Shown in pieces: positions 49,401-56,572 of a DNA stretch of 58,070 nt. Numbering within the stretch: the stretch's first letter is position 1; each line of letters opens with the position of its first letter. The translations under genes were made by a program, and so were the position numbers. The notes beneath the pieces were generated by a model. That model ran no database searches, was not told where the DNA came from, and was given only the letters and a program-made list of their open reading frames with translations. Source of the DNA: Gammaproteobacteria bacterium (GTDB lineage Bacteria; Pseudomonadota; Gammaproteobacteria; Steroidobacterales; Steroidobacteraceae); assembly GCA_027307325.1 (NCBI GenBank), contig DAHUXE010000057.1, positions 1-58,070 of the forward strand. Reading direction: 5' to 3'.

Positions 49401-49538
49401 CTACGCCAGAATGTACGAGACCAAGACAGGGGCGACTAACGCCAGGCACAGTCCCAAAGGCATTAACCGAAGCCGACCGCAGAGGTAGCCCGCGAGGATT
49501 GAAGCTGCACAGACGATGGCGATGCCAGCTGGGAACAT
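49401..49538 (-). CDS. Possible 45-aa two-TM peptide (cassette ORF below the ORF-track size cutoff)
   Basis: My translation: MFPAGIAIVCAASILAGYLCGRLRLMPLGLCLALVAPVLVSYILA; the ATG is 5 nt from the attC core. Confidence 0.3.
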   Translation of the reverse strand: MFPAGIAIVCAASILAGYLCGRLRLMPLGLCLALVAPVLVSYILA

Positions 49539-49543
49539 AGGCG

Positions 49544-49668
49544 CTCTAACGGTGAGGCTGAGGGGCCGGCCGACCACGCCAAACAGGGGCCGCGGGCCCG
49601 CAATCTCGACTGGGTCCCGCCGCGTCCAACCAACAGCACATCACGGCCCCCTCCAATGCCCGTTAGGC
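49544..49668 (-). repeat. attC site (125 bp)
   Basis: CTCTAAC-ggtgaggctgaggggccg...catcacggccccctccaatgccc-GTTAGGC. Confidence 0.9.
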
Positions 49669-49685
49669 GTTCGACCCACTCAGCT

Positions 49686-49973
49686 TCACCTTATTCCCGG
49701 GCGATGCGCCAGAAACACGGCCAAAGCGAAGAGCAGAAGGAAGAGCCAGCCCATCGCAGCAATGGCGATACCCGGAGTATGGGAGTCGATCTGATACCCC
49801 CGGTACCAGGCACCGAACGTTAGGTCATCAATCTGCTGAGGAAACCAAATCAGAGTGAGCAGCGGACCACAAACCAGCGTCACGATCCAAAATCCGTTGG
49901 GGATCGACCACGCACGTACGTACGCCACCGCGACGACGATGAGAGACAGTACGCGCGAAAGGCTGATCGTCAT
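49686..49973 (-). CDS. Cassette: hypothetical 3-TM membrane protein
   Basis: 95-aa ORF filling the interval between two attCs; ATG 5 nt from the core. Confidence 0.6.
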   Translation of the reverse strand: MTISLSRVLSLIVVAVAYVRAWSIPNGFWIVTLVCGPLLTLIWFPQQIDDLTFGAWYRGYQIDSHTPGIAIAAMGWLFLLLFALAVFLAHRPGIR

Positions 49974-49978
49974 CGAGC

Positions 49979-50066
49979 GTCCAACGGTGAAGTTGCGGGG
50001 CCGGACGACGGTCCCGCGGCCCCAAACAGACCACGCCTCACGGCCCCCTCCTCACTAGTGTCGCCT
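49979..50066 (-). repeat. attC site, short variant (~88 bp) with a degenerate distal core
   Basis: GTCCAAC-ggtgaagttgcggggccg...cctcacggccccctcctcactaGTGTCGC. Confidence 0.7.
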
Positions 50067-50390
50067 CTCTGCGCGTTTATGCGCCTCGGTCAGTGCGGCA
50101 ATTACCTGAGAGAGCGTCAGAATGTCGCGTTGAACCTCGCGCTCCGTGTGAGGAAAGACTGCGGCCTCAACCTCAGGATGCTTCGAGTCATGCGCCGCGT
50201 CTGTTACAGGGCCACGCCACGAATGCGAAATCGTGTCCTGAAAGTAGTAGACGACCGATGCCGGATCATCATCGGGAAAGATATTCGTGCCGACGTAGAT
50301 CATTGGCTGTACGCCCGGAATAGTGAGGCCCTCATCCGCGAAGGTAAGGCGGTAGTAAGCAGTGCCCTCTTTAAGTTGTGCAGGCGCCAT
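50055..50390 (-). CDS. Cassette: hypothetical soluble protein
   Basis: 111-aa ORF between attCs; no recognised family. Confidence 0.6.
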   Translation of the reverse strand: MAPAQLKEGTAYYRLTFADEGLTIPGVQPMIYVGTNIFPDDDPASVVYYFQDTISHSWRGPVTDAAHDSKHPEVEAAVFPHTEREVQRDILTLSQVIAALTEAHKRAERRH

Positions 50391-50397
50391 GAGTGCG

Positions 50398-50522
50398 TTC
50401 TAACGGTGAAGTTGAGGGGCCGGCCGACCACGTGTCACAGGCGCGGCGGGCCGGCAATATCGGCTGGGACCCACCGCGCCTGACCACTTACGCATCACGG
50501 CTCCCCTCGACGATGGTCAGGT
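50398..50522 (-). repeat. attC site (125 bp)
   Basis: TTCTAAC-ggtgaagttgaggggccg...gcatcacggctcccctcgacgatg-GTCAGGT. Confidence 0.9.
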
Positions 50523-50834
50523 GACGCGCCCAAGCTGGCGCTCCCGTAGATACAGAAACAGCGGAAAGCCGCAGCTGACGCCAATCAAGCAAGTAGCCGC
50601 TACAGGCAGCCAGAGCATACCGATCTTACGCCGCCTCCCTTCACTGAAGATGAAAACGAGCAGGACCAGAGCGGAAACGATTGCGTCCAATCCAAAGAAT
50701 GCGCTGACGTGGCCGAGAAACAATTGCGTGAAGAGCAAGCGAACGTTCAGGCCGTGCTCGACGAGCCATGGGACGAACTGGGAGTACGGCAGAAGGGTGC
50801 CAAGAACAGCGAGCAAGAGGTACAGCCAGCGCAT
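50517..50834 (-). CDS. Cassette: DUF2834-like small membrane protein
   Basis: Start at MRWLYLLLAVLGTLLPYSQFVPWLVEHGL, with its own GAGGTG Shine-Dalgarno sequence; 105 aa. Confidence 0.65.
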   Translation of the reverse strand: MRWLYLLLAVLGTLLPYSQFVPWLVEHGLNVRLLFTQLFLGHVSAFFGLDAIVSALVLLVFIFSEGRRRKIGMLWLPVAATCLIGVSCGFPLFLYLRERQLGRVT

Positions 50835-50885
50835 GGGAAACACCTCAGCGACAAATTGAACGGCGGCTTCACCGCAAAGCGCGGC

Positions 50886-50991
50886 ACCTGACGGTGAAGT
50901 TGACAGGCGGCACGAGCACGTGTCCAGGGCTGCGCGGGCCCGCGGCCCCAAACAGACCACGCATTACGCCCCACCGCAACGATTGTCAGCG
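50886..50991 (-). repeat. attC site (106 bp)
   Basis: ACCTGAC-ggtgaagttgacaggcgg...gcattacgccccaccgcaacgatt-GTCAGCG. Confidence 0.8.
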
Positions 50992-51345
50992 CCCACGGCA
51001 CCCGCTTGCTGTCTGCTTCCTAAGGAGCGCTTGGGTGAGATAGCAAACGCCATACTGCGCCAGGGTAGTGAAGGTGAGCGCCACGGCAAGTCGCATGCGT
51101 AGCAAATGCACAACGCGAGCGCTGGCAGCGGTGGTTGCTGGTGAAGGCTGTGCAATGCCAATCCCAATCAGAACTTGCGAGAACCAGAAGATTGCAGCCG
51201 CCGCGACGATCAACGCAACTGTGAGGCTGACCATAAAGAAGCGGGACGAGCGCGCAACACCACCTGGCCATAGAAAGTGATAGATAAACGGAACCGCCAG
51301 TGTGCACACGAGGATGACGAGCGGACCCTTGACGACGAAGAACAC
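50986..51345 (-). CDS. Cassette: hypothetical 4-TM membrane protein
   Basis: 119-aa ORF with GTG start, between attCs. Confidence 0.55.
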   Translation of the reverse strand: MFFVVKGPLVILVCTLAVPFIYHFLWPGGVARSSRFFMVSLTVALIVAAAAIFWFSQVLIGIGIAQPSPATTAASARVVHLLRMRLAVALTFTTLAQYGVCYLTQALLRKQTASGCRGR

Positions 51346-51358
51346 CAGGATTCGTGGG

Positions 51359-51483
51359 CTCTAACGGTGAACTTGAGGGACCGCGCGACCACGTGTCACA
51401 GGCGCGGCGGGTCCGCAATATCCACCGGGTCCCGCCGCACCCAACCACCAGCGCATCACGGCCCCCTCCAACGACTGTTAGAC
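51359..51483 (-). repeat. attC site (125 bp)
   Basis: CTCTAAC-ggtgaacttgagggaccg...gcatcacggccccctccaacgact-GTTAGAC. Confidence 0.9.
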
Positions 51484-51498
51484 AGCATGTGCATATCG

Positions 51499-51801
51499 CT
51501 AGTGATTCCCGAACGCGTACAAGAACCACCAGGAGTAGACAAAGCCGGCGATGGCAGCGCAACAGCCACTAAGTATGAGCTTCCAAGTGCGGGCGGCGAG
51601 AATCACATAAAGGAGACCAAAGCAGCCGCCGATAAGAGCAATGCGTCCGCTCCAGAACATCAAGAGCTCAATCGTGCGCACGGTGACCACGGTGAATAGA
51701 TACAGCGAAAAAGTCGACCAAAGCGTTGCACCCCAAGCGATCCAAAGCATCACGGCGGCGTAGCGTCGGCTACTAGCGTGAATCGCGAAGAGGGTGGTCA
51801 T
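51499..51801 (-). CDS. Cassette: hypothetical 3-TM membrane protein
   Basis: Start at MTTLFAIHASS, 3 nt from the attC core; 100 aa. Confidence 0.6.
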   Translation of the reverse strand: MTTLFAIHASSRRYAAVMLWIAWGATLWSTFSLYLFTVVTVRTIELLMFWSGRIALIGGCFGLLYVILAARTWKLILSGCCAAIAGFVYSWWFLYAFGNH

Positions 51802-51804
51802 GCT

Positions 51805-51910
51805 GTCTAACGGTGAAGTTGAGGGGCCGCACGCAGGCCGACGGCGCACTGAGCAAGTGAGCGCCGCCCCTCGTGCTGCCTCTCACGGACTGCTCCAACG
51901 ATTGTTAGAG
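51805..51910 (-). repeat. attC site (106 bp)
   Basis: GTCTAAC-ggtgaagttgaggggccg...ctcacggactgctccaacgatt-GTTAGAG. Confidence 0.85.
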
Positions 51911-51911
51911 G

Positions 51912-52337
51912 CTACGCCCCAGAGACAATCGCGATTCCAAACCACGTCCATAGCGCAAATAGCAGCACCGTACTTGCTACGTAAACGATGAAACGGTGCA
52001 TCACATTATTGTAAGTGCAGTGAATCGCGCTGTGTACCGCGCGGAGCGCCACAAAGAGCCAACACCCCCCAAGAACGAGCGCGCCCTGCCGCTGAGTCGC
52101 GTACAAAGCCAGACAAAACGCATAAAACAGCACCGGAACTTCGAACAAGTTGCGAAAATTGTCAGCCGCGGTCACGTCCTGCAGTACGCCCGCCGCCTGT
52201 CGTGAGGTGGCAAGGTCGCCAGGCGGAATCCGACGACGTCGCATCTCGCCTATGCGCTGAATATAGAGCCGGCCCCAAACCACTGCGGTGATCGCAATCA
52301 TGCCGACGACGGGAAGCAGCGGGTGTCCGAGGAACAT
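51912..52337 (-). CDS. Cassette: MAPEG-family membrane protein
   Basis: Start at MFLGHPLLPVVG; 141 aa; NLFEVPVLFYAF motif; second MAPEG gene in the window. Confidence 0.7.
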   Translation of the reverse strand: MFLGHPLLPVVGMIAITAVVWGRLYIQRIGEMRRRRIPPGDLATSRQAAGVLQDVTAADNFRNLFEVPVLFYAFCLALYATQRQGALVLGGCWLFVALRAVHSAIHCTYNNVMHRFIVYVASTVLLFALWTWFGIAIVSGA

Positions 52338-52357
52338 AGGAAGTGCTCTCGCGTAGC

Positions 52358-52477
52358 CTCTAACGGTGAAGGTGAGGGGCCGGGCCCCCGCGCCAGCCGG
52401 GCGACGCGGGCGGAAACTGTCCCCAGGCGTCCGCGGCAATCAGACCGCGCCTCACGGCCCCCGAACGATTGTCAGGC
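52358..52477 (-). repeat. attC site (120 bp)
   Basis: CTCTAAC-ggtgaaggtgaggggccg...cctcacggcccccgaacgatt-GTCAGGC. Confidence 0.85.
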
Positions 52478-53011
52478 CCCGCGCACACGGATGCGCAAGA
52501 CCCAGCGATCGTGATCTGCCTCGTGTTCGTTGACGTACTCACCGCTCTCAATGATCCAGGATGCGTGATCGTGCGCCAAGTGCGCGTGCGACGAATGGCT
52601 GTAGACCTCGTAACGAAACGCTCCCCTCTCAAAACCCATCAAGTACACCTCGTCGGGAGTGGCTGAAAACGCTACGGTGAAAAATGGTGTCGGCGGATGA
52701 CGAGGAAAGGGTCCCAACGGCGGTAGCAGCCAGAAAGCAATGTGGTACACGATCGGTTGAAACTCGTAGGAGAACTGCCCACCTACGATGCGTACGATTA
52801 CCGTACGGTCGCTGTTGCCAAATTCTTCAGGCTTATTCATCACGAGGTCGAGCCCCCCCAAGCCGTAGGATTTGGGAAGCGTGACCTGGATTGAGTCGAG
52901 CGGCTTGCCGGAAACGATTGCGCCAGAAATACCGATTCGCCCAAGGGAGCTTCCCGGGACCGCGCAGCTAGCCAGAAGCATTGAGCCAAGTAACGCGACA
53001 AGGTGTTTCAT
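52472..53011 (-). CDS. Cassette: hypothetical lipoprotein
   Basis: Start at MKHLVALLGSMLLASC (lipobox LLASC); 179 aa; His-rich C-terminal third. Confidence 0.65.
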   Translation of the reverse strand: MKHLVALLGSMLLASCAVPGSSLGRIGISGAIVSGKPLDSIQVTLPKSYGLGGLDLVMNKPEEFGNSDRTVIVRIVGGQFSYEFQPIVYHIAFWLLPPLGPFPRHPPTPFFTVAFSATPDEVYLMGFERGAFRYEVYSHSSHAHLAHDHASWIIESGEYVNEHEADHDRWVLRIRVRGA

Positions 53012-53015
53012 CGGG

Positions 53016-53139
53016 GCCCAACGGTGAGGCTGGGGGCGGGCCGGCCACGTGTCAGGGGCGCGACGGGCCCGCAATTTCGACTGGGGCCCGCCGCGCCTAA
53101 CCACCCACGCATCACGGACCCTTCCAACGATTGTTAGGC
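53016..53139 (-). repeat. attC site (124 bp)
   Basis: GCCCAAC-ggtgaggctgggggcggg...gcatcacggacccttccaacgatt-GTTAGGC. Confidence 0.9.
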
Positions 53140-53580
53140 ATCATGCAGCCCGCGACGAAAGTAGACCACGCGCTCGGTTTCCTCAAACCCCAGCGCTCGG
53201 TGAGCGGCGTGTGCCACAGAATTGTCAAGCAGCGAGTCGGATGCAAGTTCACTGCAGCCCTCCGCCAAAGCCCATTGCACGACAGATTGGACGAGGGCGC
53301 GCGCTACGCCCTGGCGCCGGGACGCCGGCACGACGTAAAGACCCTCGAGAAAAGCCACCGGAGAGCTGCTTGTGCCGTTGACGTAGTCCACCCGCTTCGA
53401 AGCCTCAATTAAGCCTACAGCCGCTCCGCGGGCGGTCACCGCGAGGCGCACGTAATGACCACGCGCGAGTGCGTCAGCCATTCCTGATAGTTGTTCCGCT
53501 ATCGGTGCGTCCGGCCACAAGGCAGATCGCAGCGCCAGCCACGCACCGTCACTACTGCCTTGGGGCGCCCTGAGCTGCAT
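53134..53580 (-). CDS. Cassette: GNAT acetyltransferase resembling aminoglycoside 6'-N-acetyltransferase type I
   Basis: Start at MQLRAPQG; 148 aa. WLALRSALWPD, VDYVNGTSSSPVAFLEGLYVVP..RRQGVA and ALGFEETERVVYFR align with my recollection of AAC(6')-Iaa/Iy. Confidence 0.7.
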   Translation of the reverse strand: MQLRAPQGSSDGAWLALRSALWPDAPIAEQLSGMADALARGHYVRLAVTARGAAVGLIEASKRVDYVNGTSSSPVAFLEGLYVVPASRRQGVARALVQSVVQWALAEGCSELASDSLLDNSVAHAAHRALGFEETERVVYFRRGLHDA

Positions 53581-53583
53581 GAT

Positions 53584-53708
53584 GCCTAACGGTGAAGCTG
53601 AGGGACCGGCCGACCACCCCGGCCAGGCGACGCGGGCGCACACTGTCTTCTAGCGCCCGCGGAGCCAAGCAGACCACGCCTCACGGACCCCGCCTACGAT
53701 TGTTAGAG
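53584..53708 (-). repeat. attC site (125 bp)
   Basis: GCCTAAC-ggtgaagctgagggaccg...cctcacggaccccgcctacgatt-GTTAGAG; the centre is near-identical to that of attC 56944-57064. Confidence 0.9.
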
Positions 53709-53758
53709 GTCAGCCCCGGCAGCGGAGTCACCTTTAGATCTCCATCTTGCGGATCACG

Positions 53759-54265
53759 TTAGTCGGCGGGCCGGGCAAATAGGAACCGAGCCACCAATAC
53801 GGTCGAAATTCCCAACAGAACGACCAGACCAAGGAAAAACACGCCTGATCCTGGGCCGACGATACCGAATGCTGCAAGTAGTTCAACTGCAGCCATAGCG
53901 CACAGTATGGCTGTAACTGTGGACACCACCACAGCGTTCAAAACGGCGCGTTCGGGACGCGACAGTCGATAGACACCGCTTAGCACCAGCAGTACGCCTC
54001 CCAAAGTCGCTATCGCGAGTATTAGAAGCGAAACTTGCCAAACCTTTGATTCTGGCAACGAGAAAAACGCTAGCACAAAGGGCATAAGCGACAGAAATAC
54101 CGATTGGAAGGTGAACGCGAGGATGTTCCGGATTCGGAACGCATCGACAGGTGTCCACTGATGGGGTTTACCGCTTAAGGCAACCAAGATTGCAGAGAAG
54201 CCAGCGAGACCGATGGCAAGCTGCGCAAAAATCAGCAGAGCACTTGCAACGTCGATGACAAACAC
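53759..54265 (-). CDS. Cassette: hypothetical 5-TM membrane protein
   Basis: 168-aa ORF with GTG start; hydrophobic throughout. Confidence 0.6.
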   Translation of the reverse strand: MFVIDVASALLIFAQLAIGLAGFSAILVALSGKPHQWTPVDAFRIRNILAFTFQSVFLSLMPFVLAFFSLPESKVWQVSLLILAIATLGGVLLVLSGVYRLSRPERAVLNAVVVSTVTAILCAMAAVELLAAFGIVGPGSGVFFLGLVVLLGISTVLVARFLFARPAD

Positions 54266-54338
54266 GCCCGTCGACTAAAAGTAGCTCATGTTCGTCGCCG
54301 AAGCCAAACCGGAGCGCCGGAGTCGAGCAACGGCTGAC

Positions 54339-54513
54339 CTCTAACGGTGAGGCGCTGGCCGACCATCTGTCCGGCCCCCCCCGAGCCCGCAATCTCCACT
54401 GGGTCCCGCGGCGCCCCAGTGCCGCCGATCAGCCGCCGAGGGTGCACAATCCCTTCCCGCGCCCGAGGCGCCGCGCCGCAGTCGCATCACGGCCCCCTCC
54501 AACGATTGTTAGA
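54339..54513 (-). repeat. attC site, long composite variant (175 bp)
   Basis: CTCTAAC-ggtgaggcg...; the centre contains both the 'cccgcaatctccactgggtcccgc' module and the 'cgcccgaggcgcc' module; ends gcatcacggccccctccaacgatt-GTTAGAC. Confidence 0.85.
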
Positions 54514-55050
54514 CGGCACTTGGATGCGCGCATACACAGCCGTGTCGCGCGGTGGTCCACCGATGTTGGGTCGTACGGTTGCCATTCGCATCACGCCCTC
54601 GAGTTGCAGCCCAAGTCGCTCAAGTAGACGTCTCGATCTGATGTTGTCAGCGTCGACAGTGGCCCAGATCCGAACGATTTCAGGTTGGGTAGCAAGCCAG
54701 CTTAGAACCGCGGAGGCCGCCTCACGAGCCATTCCCTTGCCCCAGTAATCGCGAGCCAGGAAGTAACCGAAGTCAACTGCGTGGCCCTTAGGTCGGCATG
54801 AAATGCTCCCGGCACACTTTCCACTGTGGCGCTCCAGGATGATCCACTGATATTCGGAACCTGTCTCCCAAGCGCCAGACAACTTCTCGAGATGCGCTTC
54901 CGTGTCTCTTGGGTCAGTTGGCATCGGCCAGTCCATGAAGCGCATCACTTCCGGATCGCGCGCCGCCAGATAAAGCGCTTGAGCGTCGGTCGGCCTTGCG
55001 CGTCGAAGCTTAATGAGGTCTCCGTCAATTGTGTCAGGCGGTGGTTGCAT
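54487..55050 (-). CDS. Cassette: GNAT N-acetyltransferase (RimJ/RimL-like)
   Basis: Start at MQPPPDTIDGDLIKLRRARPTDAQAL; 187 aa; the last ~7 codons (NNRWRGP) are encoded by the attC. Confidence 0.8.
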   Translation of the reverse strand: MQPPPDTIDGDLIKLRRARPTDAQALYLAARDPEVMRFMDWPMPTDPRDTEAHLEKLSGAWETGSEYQWIILERHSGKCAGSISCRPKGHAVDFGYFLARDYWGKGMAREAASAVLSWLATQPEIVRIWATVDADNIRSRRLLERLGLQLEGVMRMATVRPNIGGPPRDTAVYARIQVPSNNRWRGP

Positions 55051-55055
55051 GTGCC

Positions 55056-55177
55056 GTCTAACGGTGAAGTTGAGCGGCCGCGCAGAAGCGCCCGATGGCG
55101 CCGAGTGCGCGCGCTGTCTCAGCGCTCGAGGCGCCAAGCCCCAAGCACATCACAGATCTCTCCAACGATTGTTGGAC
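55056..55177 (-). repeat. attC site (122 bp)
   Basis: GTCTAAC-ggtgaagttgagcggccg...cacatcacagatctctccaacgatt-GTTGGAC; carries two copies of the 9-mer that is expanded in attC 57362-57555. Confidence 0.9.
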
Positions 55178-55183
55178 AACACG

Positions 55184-55603
55184 TTAACCACCGCGGCTAG
55201 CATCATAAGTTTTAACCAGCGTTTTCGTAGCAACCAATCGCCATGCACGCTCTATGAGGCTCGGCAACTCACGCGCTTCAACGGCAGAGAACCGCATCAA
55301 GACCCAAGGATAGTCTCGGTAATGATCCGTAATGAAGAACGCGCTAGGTGCGGCCTGCATCAGAATCTGGCGATCGAGAAAGTCCGCTCGAAGCACGAGG
55401 CAGTCAATGCTTTGATGTAGCCGGGCGAGCAGCTTGCCGCGAACTTTAAGGGCCGGCGTCCCGTATGAAGTGCCATCCTCGACTCCAGGGAATCTGAAAG
55501 CAATCGTGCGTACCTGTTCGAAAGTTACGCCAGCTGATGCTGGCCGATAGCGCGGCGTTATGCGCTTCGGGGAGGGAGCCAGCCGCTTGCGCCGAGGTTT
55601 CAC
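55184..55603 (-). CDS. Cassette: MmcQ/YjbR-like protein
   Basis: GTG start 5 nt from the core; FPGVEDGTSYGTPALKVRGKLLARL and HYRDYPWVLMRF resemble the YjbR family (from memory). Confidence 0.5.
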   Translation of the reverse strand: MKPRRKRLAPSPKRITPRYRPASAGVTFEQVRTIAFRFPGVEDGTSYGTPALKVRGKLLARLHQSIDCLVLRADFLDRQILMQAAPSAFFITDHYRDYPWVLMRFSAVEARELPSLIERAWRLVATKTLVKTYDASRGG

Positions 55604-55608
55604 GTGTT

Positions 55609-55660
55609 GTCTAACGGTGAAGGTGAGGGGCGGCGCGACCACGCGTCGCGCGATTAAGCA
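55609..55660 (-). repeat. Short or truncated attC (~52 bp)
   Basis: GTCTAAC-ggtgaaggtgaggggcgg-cgcgaccacgcgtcgcgcgat-TAAGCAG; good left arm, abbreviated right arm. Confidence 0.5.
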
Positions 55661-56187
55661 GGAACGTACGTCACCCGAATCAAGTCATCGGCGATCAAAT
55701 CGCTGGCCACCAGGTGCAGCGGCGGCCGGGGGCCGGCGAAAAATGGCTTGCCACCACCCAGCACGACGGGGCGGAGGTAGAGTCGATACTCATCGATAAG
55801 ACCGGCTTCGCTCAGGCTTTGCGCCAGGACTGGTCCAGCAACTTGAATCTCGCCAGCCAGCTCGGCCTTCAGCCTGCGTATCACCTTCTCGACGTCATCC
55901 GCGACAAGCGTCGAGTTGGGGCCAACTGACTTGAGGGAACGCGACATGACCCACTTCGGCTGGCTCCGCCACACCACCGCGAACTCGCGATCCTCCGCGT
56001 CCCAATCAGGAAGATCTTCGTCCCAATAACGCATGATCTCGTACGTGCGGCGACCGTAAATGAGGCCCGTCGCGCCGCGCACCAGCCTGATGAAGTGACG
56101 GAAGGCCGCGGGTGCAGGCGGCCCAAGCTTCATGTGGTCGACGTAGCCATCAAGGGACTGGCTCAATCCGTAGACAAGTCTTGCCAC
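55654..56187 (-). CDS. Cassette: dihydrofolate-reductase-family (RibD C-terminal domain) protein
   Basis: 177 aa; GTG start preceded by GGGAGGGAG; LSQSLDGYV...GRRTYE...YRLYLRPVVLGGGKPFF is typical of the RibD_C/YyaP-like family. Confidence 0.75.
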   Translation of the reverse strand: MARLVYGLSQSLDGYVDHMKLGPPAPAAFRHFIRLVRGATGLIYGRRTYEIMRYWDEDLPDWDAEDREFAVVWRSQPKWVMSRSLKSVGPNSTLVADDVEKVIRRLKAELAGEIQVAGPVLAQSLSEAGLIDEYRLYLRPVVLGGGKPFFAGPRPPLHLVASDLIADDLIRVTYVPA

Positions 56188-56443
56188 GCTGTAAGTCTCC
56201 CTCCCACACTCTTCAGAATAGCGTGAGCCGACGTCACGCTGAGGTAAGGTTGAACACTACCTGTGCGGCGCATTGTCGATGTGACCAATAACCACAGTTC
56301 CACTTCCCAATCCCGAGATTCAAACTGAGACACTACGCGCAATTCGGACCTTGAGTTTAGGCGAGATGGCTGAGCTCGCATATTGCCCTCGCGTTTGTGC
56401 GAACACGAGCGCTCTACGAAGAGTTGGGGCCGACAACCATGAC

Positions 56444-56568
56444 ATCTAACGGTGAAGTTGAGGCGCCGGTCGATCACGTGTCACAGGCGCGGCGGGCCCG
56501 CAATTTCGACTGGGTCCCGCCGCGCCCAACCACCAGCGCATCACGGCCCCCTCCAACGATTGTTAGGC
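56444..56568 (-). repeat. attC site (125 bp)
   Basis: ATCTAAC-ggtgaagttgaggcgccg...gcatcacggccccctccaacgatt-GTTAGGC. Confidence 0.9.
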
Positions 56569-56572
56569 CGCA

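Noticed and set aside
49135-49449. 104-aa minus-strand ORF spanning attC 49133-49250
   Set aside because: About a third of it is a translated attC and its composition is implausible. Two compact hydrophobic micro-ORFs in another frame fit the cassette boundaries better.
51802-51849. N-terminal extensions of cassette ORFs in the track that begin inside attC sites. Examples are the recurrent ...PLTFTVR..., ...PLNFTVR... and ...PLSFTLR... prefixes in ORFs 51912-52439, 54487-55137, 55184-55642 and 56573-57028.
   Set aside because: The shared peptide is simply the translated conserved attC arm (CCC CTC AAC TTC ACC GTT AGR). Genuine starts with signal peptides or family-typical N-termini lie just downstream of the core.
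56163-56477. 104-aa minus-strand ORF in the long cassette leader
   Set aside because: Its N-terminus is a translated attC arm (RRLNFTVR) and its C-terminus overlaps the DHFR-family gene start. Only the internal 72-codon version is conceivable, and it has no support.
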